A stretch of DNA of 64,000 nt, taken from assembly GCF_037042905.1 (NCBI RefSeq), contig NC_087252.1, forward strand, positions 14,136,001 to 14,200,000. Direction: 5' to 3'. The DNA is from Lytechinus pictus (taxonomy: Eukaryota). How positions within the stretch are numbered: position 1 is the first letter of the stretch; every line of letters starts with the position of its first letter. The notes beneath the pieces are model-generated. The model was given only the letters and a program-made list of their open reading frames with translations. It did not search any database and was not told the origin of the DNA. Of this stretch, positions 37,670 to 49,740 are shown one piece after another. The position numbers and the translations under genes are program-made.

Positions 37670-38457
37670 CTCTGATGTAGACAATTTGGTGGTGAATTTT
37701 AGGAAAGGGGTATCCCTCTCAGCTTGCATATGACATTGACATTGATACAATGTGTGTTAACATCCGTGAGAATGTTTTATTCCAATTATACCAAACAGGA
37801 AATTCATCAAGTTTGTTTTTATAAGGGATGGTGTGACTCCCAAATTGTTCCCTTTTCAGTGGGAATGTAGGCCTAACATGCACTGTTCCTGTCAAGAAGT
37901 GAAAGTTCACCAAGAATACATTGACTACATTCATGATTCAGATGCTGAGAATCAGTGATAATTAGATTTTTATGTTCTTCTGCTTTTTCTCACAGATCAC
38001 TATTTGTAGCTCATAAAAGTGTTGAGGACTTTATACTGTAGAAAATATATTACAGTGCATCTCTTTCTGTTGATAGGCACTGTGTTCGAAAACCCATTCT
38101 AATTGGATTTTTGTGTTTCAAAGCTTGACATGCTGGTAGATTTGGAGTCAGAAGTACCGAAGTTTCTCTATTGAAAGCGTACCAGCCATGAAAGGGAGAA
38201 TTTGATTAACATTTCTTTTCATTTTCCCCCTCTTGGTTACATGTATGCATGCACTTTTCAGACTAATTAGCCTTCTCATAGTTAAGCATATTCTCAAAAA
38301 ACAGTTGAAATTTGTTTCAAGGAGGAACAAAACAGTGCTATCTATTAAAAGGAGATGGTGACATGTCACTGAAGAATTGGATCTTTTCAATGAATGGGAT
38401 GATAATGGATAATCATTGTTATCATCACCGCTATCGGTTATTGTCATGACCATCATC

Positions 38458-38620
38458 TAGTCTGATGTGCAAACCCTTCACTGGAGTTTATAAGGGTCTG
38501 AATGTGCAGCCTACTCATGCCTTGTGTACTGAAGGCCCATAGCAAATTTTGTATGTGCTAGTCTTTGTGTGGAGGCACTTGCTGATCAAAGTTTCAATCA
38601 GGGTATGCGCCTGCAGACTA
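38458..38620 (-). mobile_element. TAGTCTG...CAGACTA mini-element inserted in an (ATC)n tract
   Basis: Reverse complement of 61958-62126; degenerate 9-bp TSD. Confidence 0.8.
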
Positions 38621-38800
38621 GTCATCATCATAGCTGCTATACTTTCCCTTGTGATCATCACCATCATCATCATCATGTCATCATCATCATCATCATCATC
38701 ATCATCAGTCATCATCATTGTCATCAACATCATCATCATCATCATGTCATCATCACCCTCATCATCATCATCATTACATGTACATGTATCATCATATCCT
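38621..38800. repeat. (ATC)n microsatellite
   Basis: Seen directly. Confidence 0.9.
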
Positions 38801-39871
38801 TGTCATCTTCAACATTAACATTATAATTCATCATCATAATTCTCAATATCACCTTCAGTATCTTCTCATCGTCATTATAATCACCAAATTATCACCACGA
38901 TACCATTGATATTAAAGTGGAACGGCAAGAAGCTTTGGTAAATAAGCCTACTTTCTGAGTAGGAAAACAGTCTAGGATCACAGACCTTCTTAACCCATCA
39001 GCTCTTCTGATAGCATTTCAGTATGGTGTCTCCCTTCATATGAAGACGTCTTTTCGATTGAGCGTTTCTCCATTGACCGATGATCTGTTCACATTCTCAG
39101 CAAATTTTCACCGTTTTCGTTAAGTATAAAGCAAGGGGTGTATGAGAATAAGGAAACTTTGTGGATGAAAATTGATTGCAGGTCTGTATGGTTGTTCATT
39201 CTGGCAGCAATTATCTGACGGGTTTTGTTATGATTGCATTTTTTTTCAAATGCTAGTCAGTAGTCAAACATTTTAAATTCTTTCTGTGACGCTTAAATAG
39301 AACAGGTAACCCAAATCCCCCAAATGTTGCTCAGATATGTTGTTTGATATACATGACACATGTACATATTGATGAAATTTCGTTATACCAGGATCAACAT
39401 TACCTGTCAGATTTGATTGTCATTTTATGTATTTTATCATAGCTCTGAACAGTCCTAGATGTAAAAACCTACACAAAAGACAATAAAATGCATAGTGCCG
39501 AATTATGATGTGATAGCAGGAAAATCATCTCCAGAATTTTCATTTTCAAACTGAAAAATAATTTACTGTACTATGTATTGCATACATATACATACATGTA
39601 TTTCAAGTGTGAACACAGCAAATTAGGCACCACACTCTCATGCGCTCATAGGGAGTTGCATTCCATGATGCGGAGGTGTTGAAAGGCATTCGGATGATGG
39701 AGTGTGTAGGGTATCAGGTGTGAACATGATGTTACTGCAGCATTATTTGTACAGCTGAGTGTTGCCAATTTGAGGATCTTAAAGTTGGTTGTCACTTCCA
39801 ATGTATACTTCTTCGCAGTATTCTAATAAAGTGGACACATATGTGCATGTCTACAGATTGATAGACTCCCA

Positions 39872-40030
39872 GGGCCCCATTATATAAAAGTTACCATTTT
39901 CAGTAAACTTTGCCATCCAATGGTAACTTGTATTGGATCCTTGATTTTGATTGGTTGGTGATCAGCGTTACCATGGTAGTTACCATTGGATGGCAATGTT
40001 ACAGTACTTAACTTTTATGCCACAGGGCCC
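39872..40030. mobile_element. CAG-flanked palindromic MITE
   Basis: GGCCCC..ATAAAAGTTA / TAACTTTTAT..GGGCC; relative at ~41170-41352. Confidence 0.6.
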
Positions 40031-41632
40031 AGGAGTCCTAGCAGCTATATACTGTTGGTAGTGGGGTACAAGGGGGGGGGGGGTAGGTTGATTGGCCATG
40101 GCCCCCCAAAAAAGTTTCATTCATGACCAAGAACAAAAAGGAGAAAAGGATTAAGAAAAGGATATAAAATGGTAAAATATCACTATTTTCTTTAATATTT
40201 AGTGAAATTTTGTTTAAAAAAATTACTTAGGTTTTTGTATTAAACAAGGTAAAACTTGTTCACTTGCATCTTTTTTTTTCTCCGTTTGTAATATCTGGCC
40301 GGCCGCCCCGTCAAATTTTTTTGGGGAAATTATGCTACTGACTGTAAATTGAAGTATACAGCTGGCTGGCAATTCAAGGGAATGCTATACCCACTACTAT
40401 TTTTTTTAATGAAGTGATAGAATCCTGTAGTGCACTTTTTTTTGCCTGGATACACAATTTTAGTTTGATATCAATTTAAGGATTAATCTGTGTTTTTTCC
40501 GAGAGAATGGAATTGAATTTCAGCCATTCATTGGTTCAGAGGATTGATAGAGCTTGATTTTTTGCCAATGTCATGCCAATTTAAGGATCTATTTTTCTTT
40601 TGTTTTATCATAGGGAAGGTGATAGAATAGCTTTATTGTTGCCAATTTTAAGGAATTACCTGTATCATTTCAAGAAGAATCTGGTAGACTGGTGATCTAC
40701 ATTGTATGGACTGCAACTCTATCTCTCCGTATCCATGTTTGAAGAGCATTCCTTCATGTACTGTATCAATATCCCATGTTCTTGTGAATGAGTCTGACTA
40801 CTGAATGAGAGCTTTCACATGAGTTTTTAGTGCTGAATAATAAATGGTAATATGGGCAGAACCTACATTGTACCCCTGAACATTACTGTGAAGCAATGGA
40901 AAGTGATTTTAGTATTTTAAGTCTATGAAAGAGACTCAAGTTTTTGTCATTTTCATTGTCATTTTGTCAAATTCTGTCATTGTATTCTAGTGATTGAAAA
41001 TAGGGTTTCAGGAATCCATCCTTTTTATTGAAATGCCTGTTTAGATTCAGGTTTCTGTTTGTATTGCTATCAAGGGGAAATTTTATGAAAACAGTTCTTT
41101 TTTGTTTTCAACCACACATCTTTCTTATCCATGATTATGGGCCAAATAATTGCACTATAAACACAACCTGGCCCATGTTGCATAAACGTTACTACATGTA
41201 TTATAAGGATAACGCTGTTATCCAACGGTAATTTTCATGGAATCCTTGATTTTGATTGGATGATGAGCATTGTTATACCATGGTAGTTAATAATACCATT
41301 GGATGGCAAAGTTACCATAGGCCTAATAGTAACTTATAATGCAACTGGCCCTGCATGGACACTAGTGTGAAAGGCTCATCAGTACTCTCTTTCCTCCTAC
41401 TTTGCTTCTTTAGAGGGGGAATGCGTAGGAGTCGGTAAGGGCATCTTGCAGATTAATTTGGTGGAATTTTTTTTTATCTTGAGGGGTATCATCATCATCA
41501 TCATTACCACCACCATCTACATGTCTCTTAAACCAGGAACAAAGATGCTTGAAGTACATTCATGAGTTGACTGGATTCTAGGAAGGGTAGGAGAAGGGTC
41601 TAGGTTTCTACTCCCAGAGACACATCCATCAT

Positions 41633-42045
41633 TTGTTTCCTTCGTGGAATAGCTGGATGATCTGAGGTAATCTTTCTGGCAGACTTTGCAATGAACACAG
41701 CAAAGACTCAATTATCAAGGAAATCTCATCCAGTTCATGACTCTTTGACCAGTTTTCATTAAAAATTTGTTTCTTTGGAATACATATGTACATGTACATT
41801 ATGTAGCTGGAAACGTGAGGTAATCTTTGTGGTACATGTACATGTTCATGTAGTTGCAATGAACACAGCTACATAGGACTCAATTGTCATGGAAATCGCG
41901 CATGTCTTTGTTTGTTTGAAAGTTTTCGCTTCAAATATGTTTCTTTGGAAAAGCTAGTCTTTCTGCTTGTTGTGCAGTGAATGCAGGATTCAATTATCCA
42001 GGAAACTCATCTCATTGCACACTGTTTCTTTTACCAGTTTTTATC
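41633..42045. repeat. Old ~130-150-bp tandem triplication
   Basis: TAGCTGG..GAGGTAATCTTT..TGCAATGAACACAGC..GACTCAATT..GGAAA repeated. Confidence 0.65.
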
Positions 42046-42874
42046 AAGGGTGAAGCAACTTTTTGGATTTTGTATTTGAAGTCATTAGTTTCTGTTTGAT
42101 TTGATGTTGTCTCAAGATACAGCAACAAAACTGAGAGAAGGGGAATTTTATAGAATTTTCAGCAGAGAGGCAGGGAAAGGGTGTTGGATTGTGAATGCCC
42201 TTTTCCCCCAATAGCTTTTAGCCTTGTAGGCCTTTATTCAAATGGTACAATACCCCCAGTTGATTTTGAAATTATTTCTTTGAAAATCTTTCCTTTTTGT
42301 TTGCTTATTTTTGGTTAGAAACGATTTCTCTGGCTTCATTGGTTCTGTTTCGTAAAGGTTTATTATTATAACAAATGCTATATTTCTGTAACTAATATAC
42401 ATACATGTATACTATCACCCAAAATTTTAGATTGAAGGATTTTGGTAGCTTTTATTAAACTGTTTAATAGTGCAAATTCGTTTTCAGAACAATTTTAAAA
42501 CAGACCCCTGTTTCTTTGAAGATTTGTAACAATATCAGTCTTTTAATTTTCTTAGATTATGAAGAGCTGCAATAAATGTTAAGATAATTTTGCATTGTTT
42601 TTCAAAACATTAATAGTTATAATGTAATGGATAAACATCTCTCTATTCAATTGTATTGAGAAGGGGGGGGGGGGGGCTGAATAGATTTTTTGCGATATCC
42701 ACATTACAAAGAGCAATGCATTTGGATAATCTTATGTATTTCCTGGTCAGCTTTTGTGGATTGAAGTACTTCCAGAACAGCTTGTGTATGCAGTATGTAT
42801 TTTTTGTGATTTTGTCTTAATACATATGATTGTGTGTTATACACTGTCCATGTATTTATAGTTGATGTTTGATA

Positions 42875-43104
42875 CACTGTAAAAACGCTGTTTAAAAAAT
42901 TTTAAGCAATGCTGTTAAGCCCGCCGCTCTAACAACTATTGTTTATAAACTTTTATTTTAATCAACGACTATGATTTAGGGAAAGACATTTCTTTTTCTT
43001 TCCCAGATCATAGTCAGCAATTGCTTGAAATTTAAAATGAAATAATAGTTATGGGATGGACTAAAACAGCATTGCCTTATAAAATTTGAAACAGCATTAC
43101 AGTG
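42875..43104. mobile_element. Degenerate TA-flanked CACTG...CAGTG MITE
   Basis: Termini and partial TIR. Confidence 0.55.
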
Positions 43105-44126
43105 TAGGTCTTAGTTTTATTGTGATCATACACTGCCTACATTTTCTGATTATTTAAATATTGCTTTTATACTCTTCATTGGATACTCAAGGCATTTTTT
43201 AACTAGAAAACCTATCACTATATAGAATTGTTTCTTGACACTCATTGCTACTGTGTTTGTGATCCTTGGAAGGAGTTGGTATTTCCTACATGTAGATGCT
43301 GTCTTCCTTAGACATGAACCCAGCATTACGATGGAAGGTGTGAAAAACCAGCGGAACTATTGGAGCATCAAATGATGATACAGCAGCGATGACTGGGGTA
43401 AACTCCTCTCGATGGCATTCCAGAGATATTACCCACATGCATGTTAAGATGATGTTTATTTGGCCTGATGGTTAAGAAAGCAAGTATCCCCTAGCGGCAT
43501 CCCGATGCATCATCTTTAACTTCTATGCAGGGAAGGCCATACAAGTGTTCATTCTTGTCGGAATAAGGGGACATCGCGATAATGACTTTACATATTGAAC
43601 TTGATAAAGTCTATACATGTAGGAGATTTTTATTCTGATTCTTTTGCTTGGCAGCTTAGGAAGCAGGTCTCCTGAGACCTGTACTGGAGCTTCATCTTAT
43701 ATGCTGCATTTGCCTGGGCTTTTGGTTTGGACCTTATCAACCTTATTCCACTTTGAAGATTAAGTTGAGTGCTACAATATGGATTATAGTCTGGTCCATG
43801 ATCTGATAATGTGATACATTGAATGGGGATTGTGATATTGAATTGAAATTTTTGAGGAGGTTCAAAGGCATTTTCCCTATAAAAGCTTTGGTAGACCTAT
43901 GCTTGACTGCTTTGTAGTGCCCAAGCATCTTTAGCATCCATTTGGCAACGTCCCTTCGCTGATATGAAACCTTCTTATGCCTCTAAAACAAAAGTTTCTG
44001 GAAGGCACTGCATCATTTTGAATTATGTTTAGAGTGGTATGGAGGCATCTGCAGTGATATGATTGACTTTGAGGTTGTGGAGGATCTTTAGATGGAGACC
44101 TGTGTCTTATGAGAAAATTGATCAAT

Positions 44127-44474
44127 AGGGCCGTCTGCACCAGCCCGAGTTTTCAAATTAGTGCGCTATTTCTGACCCGGCAAATTATCCCGATCTGAAC
44201 AATCCTGAGTTATTTGTAATGGAGACGCAATTATTGCGCTAGTTTGAGATTGCAATCCCAAGTCAACTTGGGATTATTTGCAAAATAGCACGCTATTTTA
44301 CGAATTATCCCGCTAATTCGCAGGTTCAGACGCACTCGGGATTATGTATTCACGGCGTCAGACCATAATGCATCGGTGCTTCACTCGAGCAGGAATCGCT
44401 CTTCTTGCGATGGTGGAGACGGGGCTTCTTGAATCTCGAGATTGAGCAAACTCGGGCTATGGTGCACCACTGCT
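44127..44474. mobile_element. Harbinger-like MITE
   Basis: TIR TGCACCAGCCCGAGTTT / AAACTCGGGCT..GGTGCA. Confidence 0.75.
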
Positions 44475-45421
44475 TAATAACTCTACAGTGTATTCTATTT
44501 TTTTTAGTTTCCTGTTATGAACCAAACAGATGGGTTGGAATAAACCAAAGTGAAGATCATGTATAATTTTGATTATTTCCTTATGCTCTTGTAAAGGAGA
44601 TCTATGTCTACATGTTTGGCCATTTAAAATGGAATGGTATTTCTCTATTTTTTTTCTGCTGTTATTAAATGTGCTAGACAAGCCTACCGTACTTATTCTT
44701 GTTTTGATTGGAATATGAAATCAGTGAACTGAAGAACATGAACTTCTAGAAATGTTTTTACATGCATGCCTGTGAGGTATTTCTACCATCGATGAAGATA
44801 AACATCTTTGAAAAAAATCAGTTCCTTTGGATGGTATTAAAAGGTTTTACGAAGCACATTTTTCACCTGTGATTGCACTGCTCAGATTGAGATTTTGTTT
44901 TGAAATAGGCAGAACTTTGTTCACTTCACAACCGAGTGTAGGATTGCAAGGAAAAGTTCTGGAATATAATATCCTCATTTGAATTCAAAACATTTTTTTC
45001 TTATTATGAAATTAGATGTTTATTTATTGATTTTTACAATTGCTGTCAACCATTAATCAGATTATCCTGTCATTACAAGATTTTTTTTCTTCACAAAATG
45101 GAATGATGAACATTTGAACACATTTTATTCGGTGCCGACTTTCTCTTAGAATAGGATCAGATTCCCTCTTTACCATCAGAAATCTGGATTTACTGGAAAT
45201 ATATCATGTACGGACTTCCATTATCTTGTGATCTGCGGAAAATTTTGTAAGACAACACTTTGATCAGAGCATTATACTTCAAGATCGGAAATTGATACCC
45301 GAAAAAACATTGACACCATTGGATTTATGCCTGCATCAAAGGTTGTATCATACATGTATACAACTTTAAAATAGCTTCTGTTCGACAAATCATTGATAAA
45401 TCCTGTGTGGGAAAAAGAATC

Positions 45422-45564
45422 ATGGACACAATGTTCCGTTGGCGTAGCAACACGTGTGGTTGCGAGAAGGATTTAAGTCGCATAAGGAGACAACAGGATT
45501 TCTTGAAAGCTCGCCAGGAGCTGCGTAACGATGACGTTGGGCCCATCCGACGAGCCTTCACATG
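45422..45564 (+). CDS. Gene 2 alternative first coding exon B (MDTMFRWRSNTCGCEKDLSRIRRQQDFLKARQELRNDDVGPIRRAFT-)
   Basis: atcATGG start, open 143 nt, CpG-retaining, ATG|GTAAGT donor, phase 2. Confidence 0.7.
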
Positions 45565-46072
45565 GTAAGTTTCTGAAGCTTTTGTTTGTAATGTAAGCCT
45601 ATACACTGTACAGATAAACTGGAGGTTGTTTTGAAATACTATTTAGTACAGATCGATGTACTGTATTTGCCCATTAATAATCCAATTATTGATATTAATC
45701 GCTGCCCTTTAAAAGTGACTATGTTAAAAATAGTTTTATTCCCACTGTTTTTGCAGGTACATGTAGTGTGCATGTGTAGGAACATAATGAAGGAGTCCAA
45801 ACGGGAAGGAAGAAGTACATGTAGATAGAAATTTTCAGAATGAAATTGGACAAGTAATAATGTTCAGAAATTTCCTCTACTTAAATGTAAATTGGATGCA
45901 AAATGGTAATTCCAAGTTCTACAATTTTGGAAGAATAACCCTGGCAATTAAATATTCATGGTATGCGAATGAGAGCTCTGATGAAAATGGCTCTGTATAT
46001 GTTAAAAAAGGGTACCTCACTTCCACTTTATGCTGATAACTTTATAGGATAGGCCTACATGTAGTTTTTTTT

Positions 46073-46833
46073 GTCTCACCTGCATAGCAGAGTGAGACTA
46101 TAGGCGCCGCTTTTCCGACGGCGACGGCGGCGGCGGCGTCAACACCAAATCTTAACCTGAGGTTAAGTTTTTGAAATGACAGCATAACTTAGAAAGTATA
46201 TGGACCTAGTTCATGAAACTTATACATAAGGTTAATCAAGTATCACTGAACATCCTGCATGAGTTTCACGTCACATGACCAAGGTCAAAGGTCATTTAGG
46301 GTCAATGAACTTTGGCCGAATTGGGGGTATCTGTTGAATTACCATCATAACTTTGAAAGTTTATGGATCTGATTCATGAAACTTGGACATAATAGTAATC
46401 AAGTATTACTGAACATCCTGTGCAAGTTTCAGGTCACATGATCAAGGTCAAAGGTCATTTAGGGTCAATGAACTTTGGCCAAATTGGGGTATTTGTTGAA
46501 TTACAGCCATAAATTTGAAAGTGTGTTGGTCTAGTTCATAAAACTTGGACATAATAGTAATCAAGTATCACTGAACATCCTGTGCGAGTTTCAGGTCACA
46601 TGATCAAGGTCAAAGGTCATGTAAGGTCAAAGAACTTTGGCCACGTTGGGGGTATTTGTTGAATTGCCATCATATCTCTATAAGTGTATTGGTCTAGTTC
46701 ATAAAACGTGGAAATAAGAGTAACCAAGTATCACTGAACATCTTGTGCGAGTTATAGTAGTTTTCAAAATCAGCACTGCTGCTATATTGAATCGCGTGAT
46801 GCAGGTGAGACGGCCAGAGGCATTCCACTTGTT
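46073..46833 (+). mobile_element. Helentron/DINE-1-like non-autonomous element with ~163-bp internal tandem repeats
   Basis: Subterminal IR GTCTCACCTGCA / TGCAGGTGAGAC, inner GTGAGAC, (GGC)n, about 3.5 repeat units, T-run insertion site. Confidence 0.75.
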
Positions 46834-46858
46834 TAAATTTGACTCAGGATTTTCTGAT

Positions 46859-46923
46859 CTGGCTTCAAATATCAAGCTTTGGCTTCAAATATCAAGCTTT
46901 GGCTTCAAATATCAAGCTTTGGC
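46859..46923. repeat. 20-bp tandem repeat x3 (TGGCTTCAAATATCAAGCTT)
   Basis: Seen directly. Confidence 0.9.
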
Positions 46924-47072
46924 AAACTCAGCCTGAATTGAGACTTTGTTCCATGACACAATATTAAATCAAGATAGAGTACTAATCTTTTATTTTTGGA
47001 AAGTGCATTGCCATTGAGATTATCTCTTATTGATTACAAGGACATGGTAAAGCCAGGACATGCATGGACAAC

Positions 47073-47472
47073 AGGGCCGTCTGCACCAGCCCGAGTTCTC
47101 AAATAATCATGCTGTTTCTGATCCGGCAAATTATCCCGATCTGAACAATCTCGAGATTATTTGTAATGGAGACGCAATCATCGCGATAGTTCGCTGGATT
47201 AAACTTGAGATTCCAATCCTAAATCATTTGCAAAATGGCACGCTATTTTTGAATTATCAGGTAATTCGCAGGTGAAGACGCACTCGAGATTCCATTCAAG
47301 ATTACTTATTCACATTGTCGGACCATAATGCATCCATGCCTCGCTCGAGCACAAATTCCTCTGCTTGCGCTGGTGGAGACAAGATTTCTGGAATCTCGAG
47401 ATTAATCGCGAAGAGGGCTGATCGGACTAAAATCTCAAGATTGAGCAAACTCGGGCTGGTGCAGCACTGCCT
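47073..47472. mobile_element. Harbinger-like MITE
   Basis: TIR CTGCACCAGCCCGAGTT / AACTCGGGCTGGTGCAG. Confidence 0.75.
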
Positions 47473-47553
47473 TATGTTGTAGATCTAAAGAGATATTCCA
47501 TTGTTCCACCCTGACTGCGATTTCAATGCACGCGATCAAGCAGAACATCACAT

Positions 47554-47700
47554 GGCCAAGTGCATGGTCTAAGGCGCCTGACTCTACATGGAAAGTCCGG
47601 GGTTGGATCCCTGGTCGCGGCACCTACATGTATGTCCGTGAGCAAGGCATTCAATCGACAATGCTCTTTTATCCTGCATTCAAATAAATGGAAATGCTAT
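47554..47700 (+). mobile_element. Degenerate tRNA-derived SINE
   Basis: TGGCC..GGTCTAAGGCG, B-box-like GGTTGGATCCC, GAGCAAGGCA core. Confidence 0.55.
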
Positions 47701-48464
47701 ACGCATTATTGGTAACTATGTGCTCTTGTTTTACGTGCAAAGTCAATGCAGTGCAGATACGACAGTTTAATTGACTGACCGCGCATTTGCATATATTCAG
47801 TGCATGCAGTTGTTGTTTGCTTTGCTATTATACACGTTACTAAAAATTTTGAAAATCCCCACATATCAACAGAAACTGAATTAAATTGCTGCCTAGAAAT
47901 TTAATGAAGTATTATGCAGAATAGGATTTGTGTTTTCATTTTCTATAAAAACCTCAAATCATTTCTTTAAAGCCAAAATTCACTGATGCGATAGTTCAGA
48001 TGAATGCCTACGATATGCTCAACTGTACTCCTCAATAAACTTAAATATTAATTTCCGCCTCCCCTCCAAAAAAATCTGATAAAGTGGTATTAAATGCATT
48101 TAAATATTGATGATTTTGTTTGAAGTATAGGAACATATTCTATATACTGTCTAGACTCTGATGGTCACACCTTAAAGTTCAGGTTCAAGTTCAATGTAAA
48201 TTCCATGTGAGTGTTATTCCTATCCTGATGTCCCATAAGGTATAGTCTCCTCATGCAAACACAACTGGTGGTCAATCAGAGTCCCATGACACAAAGATTA
48301 GCAATTAACCGTACGCTTGATTTTCACCATTAATTGTACATTGCAGTCAATGCAAAAGATTGTAAAAAAAAAATGTTCTACAGTGATCATAAAGCTTTGT
48401 GTTACAGGCCCCAGGAGAAATATAGCAGTGGGATGGCAAGTTAGCTTGCAAACTGGTCGTTCAA

Positions 48465-48938
48465 TAGGTGTATTCAGACCAATTACTAGAGTACCTGTTG
48501 AAATAAGAGAACTTGTTCAGGCTCGAAAAATACCCCAATTATTATTTTCCACATTCAAATCAACCCAAAGAAGACACCTTTCGGGGTAAGTTCATGAAGT
48601 TACTAGCATGTGCAGTATGGTCTGATATTAAAGCAGGCAAGATTTAAAATCACTAGTTCCGCAGCCATCTACGGCGCCTGCTCCCAGCTACACGCTACGT
48701 TATTTAAAGTATTAAAGTTCCTGTAATTTGCTTTCACACTGCCAATGTACCTGCGATCTTGGAATAATCCCTGCGAAAGTTCTCATAATTTTGACAAGTA
48801 GGCCTATCTACTATTAAGCAGGTATTTTCTTTGGGGGATATTACGCATAATTTACTTTCACACGGGTATTTTCTGATCGGGGTAGATCAGGGCAATTCCC
48901 CGATCAGAAAATATTTGGAACTGAGTAACTTTAAGGTG
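48465..48938. mobile_element. Diverged copy of the 19792-20269 MITE
   Basis: Colinear similarity throughout. Confidence 0.75.
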
Positions 48939-49339
48939 TTTTTTTTTAATCTGGGTTTAGAACTTGAAAAGGAAAATGCACTGTAGTCCAAAGGGGCCGA
49001 GTAAAAACATTAAACGCGGTTCATACGACCGTTTTTAACAAGCATAAACCTTTCCTATTTTGACAACCATTTGACTGCAAAAAAAAAACTTCCCCCCAAA
49101 GTTGCAGAAATTCATATTTCACAACATTGCAGCCATGAAATGCTCATTTCTTTTCTGTATTTCCTTGTTATATTAGTTGAAAACTACAAATAAATTAAAG
49201 ACTAATCCCATCTTTGTTGACTCTGAAAGATGGTTTTCAGTTGATGTTCACACTCTTTCTGCCGACAAAAATGTCTACATGTGGGATTACAATGTCTTTA
49301 GAGCATTTCATCAACATTTGTCGTCTGAAAAGTTTTCAG

Positions 49340-49740
49340 GGGCCCGTTGCAGAAAGAGTTGCAATCAATCGCAACTCTAAAAATCATGCGTAACTTGATT
49401 TTCTACAAATCAACAGCGCGCAATTGAGACTTGCGATTTATTTTTGGACTTGCGTTTAAACACATTGCAACTCTTTCTGCAATGGACCCCTGGGCCCCAT
49501 CTTACAAAGAGTTACGATTGATTTGATCAATCTATGGAAATCCATCCTTGTCATAATTTTTTCTACAGAAAACTTGCAAAATGTCCTTTATAAACAAATG
49601 AGAACACACCAAATTGTCAAGAAATCAATGAATTTATGGATATACAGTACATTTATATCTAGAATTGTATATGTTGACTTTGCTGGCTTTCCATAGTTGC
49701 GAATGATCGGATCAATTGCGACTCTTTGTAAGACGGGCCC
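49340..49740. mobile_element. Two tandem CWG-targeting MITEs nested in a third MITE
   Basis: CAG[GGGCCCGTTGCAGAAAGAG..]CTG[GGCCCCATCTTACAAAGAG..]CTG. Confidence 0.75.
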
